A program made the translations under genes and the position numbers. From a bacterium (GTDB taxonomy: Bacteria > Krumholzibacteriota > Krumholzibacteriia > G020349025), in contig JANLSU010000093.1 of NCBI GenBank assembly GCA_031362565.1, positions 1 through 25,372 of the forward strand: a DNA stretch of 25,372 nt, given 5' to 3'. The first letter of the stretch is position 1. Each line of letters opens with the position of its first letter. Under the pieces are notes generated by a model. The model was not told the origin of the DNA and searched no databases. It saw only the letters and a program-made list of their open reading frames with translations. This document shows, piece by piece, positions 10,579 to 19,158 of this stretch.

Positions 10579-11700
10579 TCACCGTGCGGCAAACGGATCT
10601 GGAACCGCCTTGGGTTCCGCGACCTTGTCGCGAAAACCGAGGATCCGTTTCGAGGCGACGTAGTGCCGGCCCCGTCGTTCTCCGACGGGCACCAATAGGC
10701 CCTCTTTGGCCAAACGCGCCAGGTCGATTTTTGCAACTTGCGGCGTGACGTCTGCCAGCTCTCGATAGGTTGGATTTCGAACTCGAACTCCCATGGCCGC
10801 ATCGACCAGCGCATAGACCGTTCTCTCTGGAAGTCCAGCCTCCATGACCAGGACTTCTAGACCATCGAACAGTTTCTGAATCTGCCGGGTTCTGCGCAGG
10901 AGAGTTGTCGCCTGGCGATAGTGGGCCGTGAGACAAAAACGCACCCATGGTTTGGCGTCCCGCTCTGGGTGCCAGGAGCCGTGTCCGACACTCGCGAGCA
11001 CCCTGTAGTAATCCACCGTGTTGCGGCCCAAGTACTCCTCGATACTCGCGAAGATCGGGCTGGTGATTCCGCTTTGAGCGAGCACCAGAGTCTGCAGACA
11101 TCGTCCCATGCGCCCGTTGCCGTCCGAGAACGGGTGGATCATCACGAGATTCAGATGCGCCATCGCCGCGAGAACCATGCGATTCGCGGTCGAATTGCGA
11201 TTGAGCTGATCGGTGAGTTCTTCGACCAGGGTTCCAACCATCTCCATGGGTGGGCCTTCGTACACCTGTTCGCCCGTTGATTCATCGCGCACGTAAATCG
11301 GCCCTGGTCGCCAACGGCCGGGATTCTTGACGAGTTCGTGGCCAACCATCATGAAATGCAGGCTCTTGAAAAGCCCGGTCGAATACGAAAACGATGAGTC
11401 ATCGGTGGTCTGCAGGACGTACGTCATGGCGTTTCGGTAACCCATGACCGCAAACCAGGCCGCGTCCTTTGGATCGGTGGGCTCGAGGCCATCGACGGCA
11501 GCGACCGCATCGTCCACCGTCACGTGATAGCCCTCGATGGAGTTCGACCCGTGAATCGCCCTGGCGAAGACGTTGCGGCGCAATACTCCGAACCACTTCT
11601 TCCTGTGGGTCATTGCGTAGCTCATCGTGTTCCGGAGCTTCTCAACTTCCTCGACGACGCCCCTTTCTTGCTCGTCGAGGTCTGGAATCGAAAACAACAT
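10579..11700 (-). CDS. Fic family protein (class II, N-terminal inhibitory motif) with C-terminal HTH
   Basis: Catalytic HPFSDGNGRMGR; inhibitory SNSIEG; wHTH-like tail (NPTYRELADVTPQVAKIDLARLAKEGLLVPVGERRGRHY). ATG 11700 follows GAGGGG. Confidence 0.93.
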   Translation of the reverse strand: MLFSIPDLDEQERGVVEEVEKLRNTMSYAMTHRKKWFGVLRRNVFARAIHGSNSIEGYHVTVDDAVAAVDGLEPTDPKDAAWFAVMGYRNAMTYVLQTTDDSSFSYSTGLFKSLHFMMVGHELVKNPGRWRPGPIYVRDESTGEQVYEGPPMEMVGTLVEELTDQLNRNSTANRMVLAAMAHLNLVMIHPFSDGNGRMGRCLQTLVLAQSGITSPIFASIEEYLGRNTVDYYRVLASVGHGSWHPERDAKPWVRFCLTAHYRQATTLLRRTRQIQKLFDGLEVLVMEAGLPERTVYALVDAAMGVRVRNPTYRELADVTPQVAKIDLARLAKEGLLVPVGERRGRHYVASKRILGFRDKVAEPKAVPDPFAAR

Positions 11701-11733
11701 GCCCCTCAACCCCTTTCAGACGATCGCCGATAT

Positions 11734-11763
11734 CTATATTATAGGTATTTTATACCGTTGCCA
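11734..11763 (-). promoter_or_regulatory. AT-rich sigma70-type promoter (TATAAT at 11743-11738) overlapped by short inverted repeats, upstream of fic
   Basis: Minus strand TTGGCAACGGTATAAAATACCTATAATATAG; palindromes GGTAT-N3-ATACC (11744-11756) and CTATA-N-TATAG (11734-11744). Confidence 0.6.
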
Positions 11764-11798
11764 AGGGCGATTCGATACCGCGGGCCGCGCTCGGGGGG

Positions 11799-14270
11799 CT
11801 AGAACCGCGCTTCGAGGCCGAGGGTGGGCAGGGTGGGCAGCATTCGGATCACGTAGCGCGACGTGTAGGCCGGGTTGTAGCGGATCTGGAACACGTTCTC
11901 GGCCGCCGTGACGTTGAGGACGTCGGCGTACAGGCTCCAATGGAAATTCGTCGTGTCGAAGTGCCGGGAGATTCGCGCATCGAGCCGCCGGTAGAACGGG
12001 TAGCGCGCGCTGCCCAAATCACCGGAGATGCCGTACTTGGTGTTCAGAGGGTCCGTCGCCACCGAGCGGACCGGCGTGTACGGCCGTCCGGAGGCGACTT
12101 GCAACCGCAGGCCGACATCCCACGAGCGCATTCGCCAGCCTGCATCGACGCCGAAGCGCAGCGGCTCATCCTGCATCGGCCGGTACCAATAGGGCGTTTC
12201 GTAGACCGCCTTCCAGAAGTCGTCGATATTCTCGGCCCGGTAGTTCGGCCGCCGGCGCCACGCCAGTGGATCGAGTTCGCGCGCCTTGGACCAGGTGCAA
12301 TTGAACCCGAACTGCAGCGGCCGGTTGTGCGGTTCGTATCGTGTCCAAAGTTCGACGCCGTGCGCTTCGCCGATGCCGCCGTTGGCATACACCGCCGGGG
12401 CGCTCTGGTAGACGAGTTGGCTGGAGCGTTTCTGGTACGCGGAGACGCCGGTCGTCCAAGCGCGGGAGAGAGTGCCCACCATTCCGACCGTTGTTTCGAT
12501 GCTCCGCTCGGCGCCGACGGCGCGGCCATCGACGGTCGGCAACACCTCCATCGGCTTGTCGCGCAAGCCGTGCACGATGCCCCACGTGCCGCGGAGCGCC
12601 AAGCGCGGGCCGGTCCGCAACTCCAAGGACGTGCGCGGTGACCACAACGTCTGCGCCGTCAATCCGTCGTGCTCATACCGCACCCCACCACCCAGTGTCG
12701 CATGTGAGGCGATGGTCCACTCGTGCTGCGCGTAGCCGGCGCTGAAGTCGCGCCGCCGCGCCCGGTCGAAGTCGTAGCGCTCCTTCAGGTCGTGCAGGTT
12801 GAGTGACGCGTTCGAATCCCGCAGTCCCAGGATGCCCACCCACGCCGAAACATGCCGCACCGTGTCGTCGCGATAGACGAGCCAGCCGAGCCCAGTACGA
12901 TGCCGCGCCGTGCGCCACGCGAGGTCCTGCCTCAGGCTGCTGGTTTGAGAGTGAATGGCCACCGATTCGCGGTTGTCACCGCGCAACGAGAACTGGAACG
13001 ATTGCGGCACGAAGCCCGCGGTCGTTTCGATGTAGGCGCTATCGCCGAGCAATAGGCGCCAGTATGCAGTCGCATGGGTCAGGCGGTTGGCGATCTGCAA
13101 CCGGTCGCGCGCCGCGTAGTCGCGAAACGCACGCTCCCGGCTGGCCGCATCGGCGGCAATGAAATCGAAGTCCGAGGCACGCAATTCCGGTTGGGCGAGT
13201 TGAATGTCATCGCCCGCCCGCAGGGCGCCGATCGCCACGACATTGCGCCGCGACAGCTGCCAGTGGGCGCGCGCGAAAAGATCGTGAAAAGCCGGAATTT
13301 CACGCCCGGCCGGTTGATGCAGGAGCTGCAAGAGTTTGTCGTGATACGAACGGCGCACGCTGAGGGCGTAGCCGGCGTGCGTGTTGCTGCCCGCGGCGCG
13401 CGCCTGCGCCGACAGGTACGAAACACCGGCGGCACCGTGCTCGCGGGCCGGCAGAAGTCCGCGGCTTCGAATCGCCAGCGTGCCGCCCGTCGCGTCGCCA
13501 AACTCGGCCGGCGCCCCGCCGGACCAAAACTCCGCCGACTCGATGAGCCCCGGGTTGAAAATGCTGTTGAAGCCCAGCAAGTGATACGGGAAGAAGATCT
13601 CGACGCCGTCGAGCCAAATGCTGTTGGCGGCGGCATTCGAACCGCGCACGAAGAACTCACCCTGCAAGTCGCTGGCGGCGCTCACGCCCGGGAGCGCTTG
13701 GACGCCGCGCACGACATCCTCGAAGTTGGCGATCTGCTTGGCCATGCGGTCGGTGTCGAGCCCGTAGCGTCCCGGCTGGCCATCGGTGGTGCGCTTGGGA
13801 TTGCGTTCGGCGCGGACGACCACCGGCGGCGTTTGGATGTGGCGCGGCGTGAGTCGCAACTCGATGGCGACCCCGGTGATGACTTGGAGTTCGCGATCCA
13901 GCGGCTCGAATCCGGTGCGCCGGACGAGGATCCGGTGCCGGCCGGGCGGCAAGCGCAGGTCGAACCAGCCGCCGCCGTCGGTGGTCGCGCGCCTCTTGAG
14001 GGCTGGGACATCGACCTCCGCACCCGCGACCACGCGCCCTGCCGCGTCGAGAATTCGACCGGTGCGCGGTCCGGCAGCGAGAATTCCGGGGCCCGTAGGG
14101 ATCGCTGTGGTGGTTGCCGGTGCGACGGTTGCGGTTGCGCCCGGGGCCGGGACTGGGGCAGCCGGGCGCGCCGCATGCGCGGGCAGCGCGCACCCGAGCG
14201 TCACGCAGGCGTACAGGCACGTCACGGCGCAAGTTCGCGATCCCGCACGCCGGAACAAGGTTTGGTGCAC
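11799..14270 (-). CDS. TonB-dependent receptor with N-terminal carboxypeptidase-regulatory-like domain
   Basis: GRILDAAGRVVAGAEV...TTDGGGWFDLRLPPGRHRILVRRTGF; plug VQALPGV...FFVRG...IWLDG; GGAPAEFGDATGG; C-terminal beta signal LGLEARF. Start uncertain (GTG 14270 chosen because a signal peptide follows). Confidence 0.85.
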   Translation of the reverse strand: MHQTLFRRAGSRTCAVTCLYACVTLGCALPAHAARPAAPVPAPGATATVAPATTTAIPTGPGILAAGPRTGRILDAAGRVVAGAEVDVPALKRRATTDGGGWFDLRLPPGRHRILVRRTGFEPLDRELQVITGVAIELRLTPRHIQTPPVVVRAERNPKRTTDGQPGRYGLDTDRMAKQIANFEDVVRGVQALPGVSAASDLQGEFFVRGSNAAANSIWLDGVEIFFPYHLLGFNSIFNPGLIESAEFWSGGAPAEFGDATGGTLAIRSRGLLPAREHGAAGVSYLSAQARAAGSNTHAGYALSVRRSYHDKLLQLLHQPAGREIPAFHDLFARAHWQLSRRNVVAIGALRAGDDIQLAQPELRASDFDFIAADAASRERAFRDYAARDRLQIANRLTHATAYWRLLLGDSAYIETTAGFVPQSFQFSLRGDNRESVAIHSQTSSLRQDLAWRTARHRTGLGWLVYRDDTVRHVSAWVGILGLRDSNASLNLHDLKERYDFDRARRRDFSAGYAQHEWTIASHATLGGGVRYEHDGLTAQTLWSPRTSLELRTGPRLALRGTWGIVHGLRDKPMEVLPTVDGRAVGAERSIETTVGMVGTLSRAWTTGVSAYQKRSSQLVYQSAPAVYANGGIGEAHGVELWTRYEPHNRPLQFGFNCTWSKARELDPLAWRRRPNYRAENIDDFWKAVYETPYWYRPMQDEPLRFGVDAGWRMRSWDVGLRLQVASGRPYTPVRSVATDPLNTKYGISGDLGSARYPFYRRLDARISRHFDTTNFHWSLYADVLNVTAAENVFQIRYNPAYTSRYVIRMLPTLPTLGLEARF

Positions 14271-14387
14271 GAAAGCCCCAATGGCCGGCCGCTGGCGTGC
14301 ACCGAGGAAGGTGCCGCGAATGCGACCGGTCGCGTGTCCTGAGGGGGAATTCACCCAGGGCATCGAACGCTGGGGGGCGTTTCCAAG

Positions 14388-14397
14388 TAGTCTATCA
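14388..14397. promoter_or_regulatory. Overlapping divergent -10 candidates (TAGTCT on +, TGATAGACT on -) between the TonB receptor and cyclophilin genes
   Basis: AT-rich patch in the divergent intergenic region with TAnnnT on both strands. Confidence 0.3.
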
Positions 14398-14463
14398 GTT
14401 CGAGGGGCGCGACTTCCAGTCCGCGGCCCTTTTCGTCCCCGCGCCGATGCAAGAGGAGGAGCG

Positions 14464-15135
14464 ATGCAAGACCGAAAACTCGCCTTCGGGCTCGTGGCGT
14501 GCCTGGCGCTTTTTGGATCCAGCGTGAGCATGGCGGCCGCCGAAGCGCCGCCGGCACCGACGCCGGCACCGGCGACTGCGACCGATGCGCCGAAGCTCTC
14601 CGAAGCGCAGCTCGGACCCAACGAGGAGTTCATCGCGGTCATCGAGGTCACGCACGGCAAGGAGGTGTGGGGCACGATCGAAGTGCGCCTGCACGACAAG
14701 TACGCCCCGGTGCACGTGCGCAATTTCTTGAAACTGGCCGAAAGCGGCTTCTATGACGGCACTACGTTTCACCGCGTCGGCCCGGAGAGCTTCGTGCAAG
14801 GCGGCGATCCGCTGTCGCGCGATGCCGACTTCGCCAACGACGGGACCGGCGGGCCGGGTTACGATCTGGTGCCCGAGCCTAACGACAAGGAGCACGCCCG
14901 CGGCGCCGTCGCCGCTGCCAGCATGGGCAGGCGCGACAGCGGCTCGCAATTCTTCATCGACCTGAAGGATCATGCCGATTGGAACGGCAAGTACACGGTG
15001 TTCGGCAGCGTCGTGGCGGGATTCGAGGTGGCCGACAAGATCGCGGCCCAGCCGCGCAAGGGCGATCATCCCGTCGACCCGTGCACGATGACGGTGAAGG
15101 TCGAGAAACGGGCTCGCAAGGAGAAGCTGTACTGA
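14464..15135 (+). CDS. Exported cyclophilin-type peptidyl-prolyl cis-trans isomerase
   Basis: GAGGAGGA RBS; signal peptide and Pro/Ala linker; APVHVRNF, FYDGTTFHRV, VQGGDP, GTGGPGY, SGSQFFI, YTVFGSVVAG. Confidence 0.93.
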   Translation: MQDRKLAFGLVACLALFGSSVSMAAAEAPPAPTPAPATATDAPKLSEAQLGPNEEFIAVIEVTHGKEVWGTIEVRLHDKYAPVHVRNFLKLAESGFYDGTTFHRVGPESFVQGGDPLSRDADFANDGTGGPGYDLVPEPNDKEHARGAVAAASMGRRDSGSQFFIDLKDHADWNGKYTVFGSVVAGFEVADKIAAQPRKGDHPVDPCTMTVKVEKRARKEKLY

Positions 15136-15145
15136 GCGGCGTCCC

Positions 15146-15565
15146 TCAGAGCCGGCAGAGGCTGAGGCCGATTTCCGGCACCAGGGCGCGCTCGATGGTG
15201 CTCGCGTAGTCGTGGACGAAGATTTCCACCGTCGCCGAACATCGCGCCCGCATGAGGTGGCCGGTGCGCGCCACGAAATCGCGCCCGCCGACCACCACAT
15301 GCGCGTGCACGAACGGCTTGCCGTCGAGAAACGTGAGATTGCCGACCAGGGCGCCAATCTCGTAGTCGCCGTCGAAATCGGTGCGCAGGTATTCCTTGGC
15401 CGGCAGGTCCCAGTACGCGAGTTGCACGTCGTCCACCGCTCCCAGGCCGGTGAACGCACCGGACTGAATGCCGGCGGCACGCGCCACCTCGCGCAGCGAT
15501 TCGTGCACGTCGTCACCGCGGTCGAGCACGATGGCCCAGCCGCCCTGCACCGCTCGCCAGCGCAT
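15146..15565 (-). CDS. PPC domain (DUF296) protein
   Basis: LDRGDDV, TGLGAV, EIGALVGN, PFVHAHVVVG, GHL. TAATG stop/start overlap with glyQS. Confidence 0.88.
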   Translation of the reverse strand: MRWRAVQGGWAIVLDRGDDVHESLREVARAAGIQSGAFTGLGAVDDVQLAYWDLPAKEYLRTDFDGDYEIGALVGNLTFLDGKPFVHAHVVVGGRDFVARTGHLMRARCSATVEIFVHDYASTIERALVPEIGLSLCRL

Positions 15566-16854
15566 TATTCGAAAACCACCCGCTCGTCGAGCCAGCCGCG
15601 AAGCTGGCTCGTGTTGACACGCACCTGCTGCATCGTGTCGCGGTCGCGCACCGTGACCGTTTGGTCCAGGAGGGTTTGCGCATCGATGGTGATGCAGTAG
15701 GGCGTACCGATTTCGTCCTGCCGCCGGTAGCGCTTCCCCACCGAAGCCGTGTCGTCGTACTGCACCCGGAAAGCGCGCATGAGATCCTTGGCGATCTTCT
15801 CCCCTAGTTCGGGCAGCCCGTCCTTACGCACCAAGGGCAACACCGCCGCCTTCACCGGGGCGATCTTCGGCGACAGGCGCAACACCACCCGCGAGTCGTC
15901 ACCGGCCGGCTCTTCGTGGTACGCATCCACGAGGAGCGTCAAGAGCGTGCGGTCACAACCCGCGGACGTCTCGATGACATACGGAACATAGTGCTCCTTC
16001 CGCTCTTCATCGAAATACGCCAGGCGCTTCGTCGAGTATTCCTGGTGGCGTGACAGATCGAAATCCGTCCGGTTGTGGACGCCCTCGATCTCCTGCCAGC
16101 CGAATGGAAACTCGTATTGAATATCGAACGCCGCCTTGGCGTAGTGCGCGAGTTCACCGGGGCCGTGTTCGTGCCATCGCAGTTTGTCCTTGCGGACGCC
16201 GATCGACTGATGCCACTCCATGCGTTCCGCCCGCCAGCGCTCGAACCATTCCGAGTCGGTGTCCGGCCGCACGAAGAACTGCATTTCCATTTGCTCGAAC
16301 TCGCGGGTGCGGAAGGTGAAATTGCCCGGGGTGATTTCGTTCCGAAACGCCTTGCCGATCTGGGCGATCCCGAACGGCAGTTTCTGGCGTGACGAATTCG
16401 CCACGTTCAGAAAATTCACGAAAATGCCCTGGGCCGTCTCGGGCCGCAGATACACCACCGCGGCCGTGCTCTCCACCGGCCCCATGAAGGTCTTGAACAT
16501 GAGATTGAACTGCCGCGGCTCGGTCAGAGAACCGCCGCAGTTCGGGCAAACCGGTTTCGTGAGCGTGTCGGGACGATGCCGCTGCCGGCACTTCCGGCAA
16601 TCCACGAGCGGGTCCGTGAACCCCGCCACGTGGCCCGACGCATCCCAAACGCGCGGATGCATCAGGATCGATGCGTCGACGCCCTCGATATTGTCGTGAT
16701 GGTAGGTCATCGAACGCCACCAGCACGCCTTGAGGTTGTTCTTGAGCTCGACACCAAGCGGACCGTAGTCGTAGCAACTGTTGAGGCCGCCGTAGATCTC
16801 GCTCGATTGGAAGATGAAGCCGCGCCGCTTGCAGAGCGACACCAGCTTGTCCAT
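15565..16854 (-). CDS. glyQS: Glycine--tRNA ligase, homodimeric alpha2 type
   Basis: LCKRRGFIFQSSEIYGG, YDYGPLG, FNLMFKT, YLRPETAQG, FRNEITPGNFTFRTREFEQME, GKRYRRQDEIGTP. Start ATG 16854 or possibly CTG 16887. Confidence 0.97.
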   Translation of the reverse strand: MDKLVSLCKRRGFIFQSSEIYGGLNSCYDYGPLGVELKNNLKACWWRSMTYHHDNIEGVDASILMHPRVWDASGHVAGFTDPLVDCRKCRQRHRPDTLTKPVCPNCGGSLTEPRQFNLMFKTFMGPVESTAAVVYLRPETAQGIFVNFLNVANSSRQKLPFGIAQIGKAFRNEITPGNFTFRTREFEQMEMQFFVRPDTDSEWFERWRAERMEWHQSIGVRKDKLRWHEHGPGELAHYAKAAFDIQYEFPFGWQEIEGVHNRTDFDLSRHQEYSTKRLAYFDEERKEHYVPYVIETSAGCDRTLLTLLVDAYHEEPAGDDSRVVLRLSPKIAPVKAAVLPLVRKDGLPELGEKIAKDLMRAFRVQYDDTASVGKRYRRQDEIGTPYCITIDAQTLLDQTVTVRDRDTMQQVRVNTSQLRGWLDERVVFE

Positions 16855-17251
16855 GAGCGGCACGGCCTCCAAGGTCTTCTCGTCCAGGATGGCCCTCCTC
16901 GCAGGCAGTGCGCCGCATTGGCTCGCGGGTTTGCGACCCAACGCGCTCCGCACCAGGGCTTCCTTGTAGCACAGCGCACGGCAAAGCTCCCAGGGGGCCC
17001 GCGCTTTCCTTGCCTTTCCCGCCACGTCGGCGGCAATTGCTGTTGCGCGATCGTGGGAATGCTGGTGCGTGGGGGTCTTCGGAGGTGGGCGACGACCCGG
17101 AACCGGAAGCTCGGATCGGAAGCCCGGGATCGCACCCGCAACCTCAGACGCCGCGCTCACTCATTGTTCTCTTGCACGGGGTTCGGTCCAGAACGCGTCT
17201 AATGCGACTGTCAACTCGATTGACGGGTAAGTGTCGACGGAGTTGACCGAG

Positions 17252-17287
17252 AAAAAAACGGGCCGGGGCGTTTGTGGCCCCGGCCCG
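17252..17287 (-). terminator. Rho-independent terminator downstream of the ParB-like gene
   Basis: 11-bp stem CGGGCCGGGGC / GCCCCGGCCCG, 7-nt loop, followed by T7 on the minus strand. Confidence 0.85.
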
Positions 17288-17333
17288 ATTTGATCACGCG
17301 ACGGCACCCGGTTGGGGCGCGGGGCGTGTGAAC

Positions 17334-18095
17334 TTACGTCAGGCGCACGAAATACGGTGCGTGCTGGCGCAGCAGGTTGGCGAGCTTCGGCGTCAGGTGC
17401 TCGGAGAGATCCGAACCTGAACGCGACCGTGTCTTGACGATCAACTGGACGATCTGACGGCTTTCCCGGCAGCTCAAGTTCTTGTCCAGGATGTCGAACA
17501 CCAGCGCGCGCTGATCTTCCGGGTCCCGCAGGCGGCAGATTTCGATCACCGTCGAACGGGGCACGTTGGTCTCGAGCAACACTTGCTTGAGATCCAGCTC
17601 GAGGCGCTCGATCGTCTTCGAGTCGTAGAAGTAACTCTTCGACACCGTGCCGCCCGACGCCGGGAGATTGCACTCGGTGCGATACTTCTGCGACAAGCGG
17701 CGATTGATGTCGTTGTCTTCCTCGGTGAGTTGCTCCGGCGTGAGGCTCTTGTACGCCTCACGGCACGCCGCCATGCGCTCGACGGCCTGACGAACCTTCG
17801 GGTTCGAAGCCTCGGACGCGTTCGCCTGCAGCGAACGGCCGCCCAAGTCCAGAACCACACCTACCGGCGCAGACTCATTCGCGACGTGACCGACTGCCGA
17901 AGCAATGCCGTCCACGAGTACGTGCGCTTCTGCACTGTCGACCTGGAGCACACCGGGCGCGGGGCCGGTCTTCTCCGTCACCGCCTGCGTTTTCGGCTTC
18001 GGCTGCACGGCGGGTCCGTGCACCGCCCAGCCCTGATCGAAGTTGTGATCCTCCAGAATGTCCTGATGCGCGGCCAGCTTCTCGTCGTCGAACAT
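17334..18095 (-). CDS. ParB/Spo0J-like protein with degenerate N-terminal domain (no GxRR motif)
   Basis: (GGA)4 RBS before GTG ATG. C-terminal half SKSYF...LELDLKQVL...RLRDPEDQRALVFDILDKNLSCRESRQIV follows the Spo0J central helical/HTH pattern; GVLQ and VLVDG resemble ParB boxes I/II. CDS is likely real; the family call is by eye. Confidence 0.6.
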   Translation of the reverse strand: MFDDEKLAAHQDILEDHNFDQGWAVHGPAVQPKPKTQAVTEKTGPAPGVLQVDSAEAHVLVDGIASAVGHVANESAPVGVVLDLGGRSLQANASEASNPKVRQAVERMAACREAYKSLTPEQLTEEDNDINRRLSQKYRTECNLPASGGTVSKSYFYDSKTIERLELDLKQVLLETNVPRSTVIEICRLRDPEDQRALVFDILDKNLSCRESRQIVQLIVKTRSRSGSDLSEHLTPKLANLLRQHAPYFVRLT

Positions 18096-18223
18096 CACGT
18101 CCTCCTCCTCCTCCACACCAACACGACCCACCACACACGTGATTCAGGCACTCGAGCCTGGATCGTAACCTTCGGCTCGTGACCGCTGATTCGCGGCCGC
18201 ACGGGCCATTGTCCAGATACCCA

Positions 18224-18239
18224 GGCAATCCGGGTGCCA
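18224..18239 (-). promoter_or_regulatory. Sigma54 (-24/-12) promoter upstream of the ParB-like gene
   Basis: Minus strand TGGCACCCGGATTGCC = TGGCAC-N5-TTGC, with AT-rich sequence just upstream. Confidence 0.75.
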
Positions 18240-18442
18240 TTATCAATCGCAACGCATTCCAGTCAATTAGGAGTTTGCATCGGAAATCCATGCTGGACGT
18301 GGCGCTGACTACGCGCGTCGAGCAAGTCCAGACCCGGCGTGGGCACGCGCCGCATCGAACGCATTCGACTCCGGACGAGGGTGTGTGGTGAGATCCAGAC
18401 CAACTATCGTGGAAATGTCTGGCAGGAAAGCGCGCGGACCGC

Positions 18443-19036
18443 TCAGGGTTTGGTCGCCGACTCCAGAAGCTCCTCGACGAGCGCGATCATTTTGTCGGCG
18501 TTGCGCTGGGCGATGCTCGCAAAGCGGCGTTGCTCCTCGGAAAGCGATTCCATCGGACCGCCGCACAGAATGTCGATGGCCCCTTTGAGCGCTGTGAGCG
18601 GTGTGCGGAGCGAATGGGCCAGACGCACATCCTCGCCGTCGCCGCCCGATGCCTGGAGAGCCGTGGCCAAAGTGCAGCGCAGCGCTTCGGCGCCGCCGAC
18701 CTGCTTGGCGAGCAGATCGAGGGCGCCCGCGGCCGCAGCTTGCTCCCACTGTTCGGGCGAAGGATTCGGCGCCACCAGCACGACCGGCAGATCCGGCTGT
18801 AACACCCGCGCCGCGCGCGTCAGTGCCAAACCGTCGGTCTCGGGAAGGTGCAAGTCCGCGAGCATGGCACGCGCCGGTCGGCGCTGCAAATAGAGCAACG
18901 CGTCTTCGGCACGTACGAAGGCAATGGGATCGTATCCCCAGCGCACGATGCGCCGCACCATGACGTGGCGCGACAGTTCATCGTGATCGACTACGAGCAC
19001 TGGGATCGTGTCGGTCGTTTCGAGCGTTTCCCGCAC
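18443..19036 (-). CDS. Receiver (REC) domain fused to a HisKA/DHp domain, lacking the HATPase domain
   Basis: VLVVDHD...LADLHLPETDG...LLAK (receiver); LAHSLRTPLTALKG...NADKMIALVEELL (H-box), then stop. GGAGG RBS before GTG 19036. Confidence 0.85.
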   Translation of the reverse strand: MRETLETTDTIPVLVVDHDELSRHVMVRRIVRWGYDPIAFVRAEDALLYLQRRPARAMLADLHLPETDGLALTRAARVLQPDLPVVLVAPNPSPEQWEQAAAAGALDLLAKQVGGAEALRCTLATALQASGGDGEDVRLAHSLRTPLTALKGAIDILCGGPMESLSEEQRRFASIAQRNADKMIALVEELLESATKP

Positions 19037-19082
19037 GCGATGCCTCCCGGAACCTGAGCGGCTACGAACCGGGGGGCAAAAC

Positions 19083-19098
19083 GGCAAGGACTGTGCCG
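19083..19098 (-). promoter_or_regulatory. Sigma54 (-24/-12) promoter upstream of the REC-HisKA gene
   Basis: Minus strand CGGCACAGTCCTTGCC = GGCAC-N5-TTGC, about 47 nt before the start codon. Confidence 0.7.
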
Positions 19099-19158
19099 CG
19101 TTTCCAGATGTGGCAGGCAATGGCGTTCGCGGCCGTGGCGCGGCGCCGGAGTGAAGAC

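Noticed and set aside
14271..14723. N-terminal extensions of the TonB receptor (to 14723) and cyclophilin (from 13786) ORFs
   Set aside because: They overlap each other in antisense; signal peptides and RBS point to later starts.
16900..17200. T-box or other riboswitch upstream of glyQS; ORF extension to 17160
   Set aside because: No T-box consensus (AAnnnGGGTGGnACC) or terminator/antiterminator pair visible; the extension has no GlyRS similarity.
18131..18146. parS-like site (CCACACACGTGATTCA) in the leader of the ParB-like gene
   Set aside because: Only the CACGTG core and part of one arm match TGTTTCACGTGAAACA; it is not palindromic.
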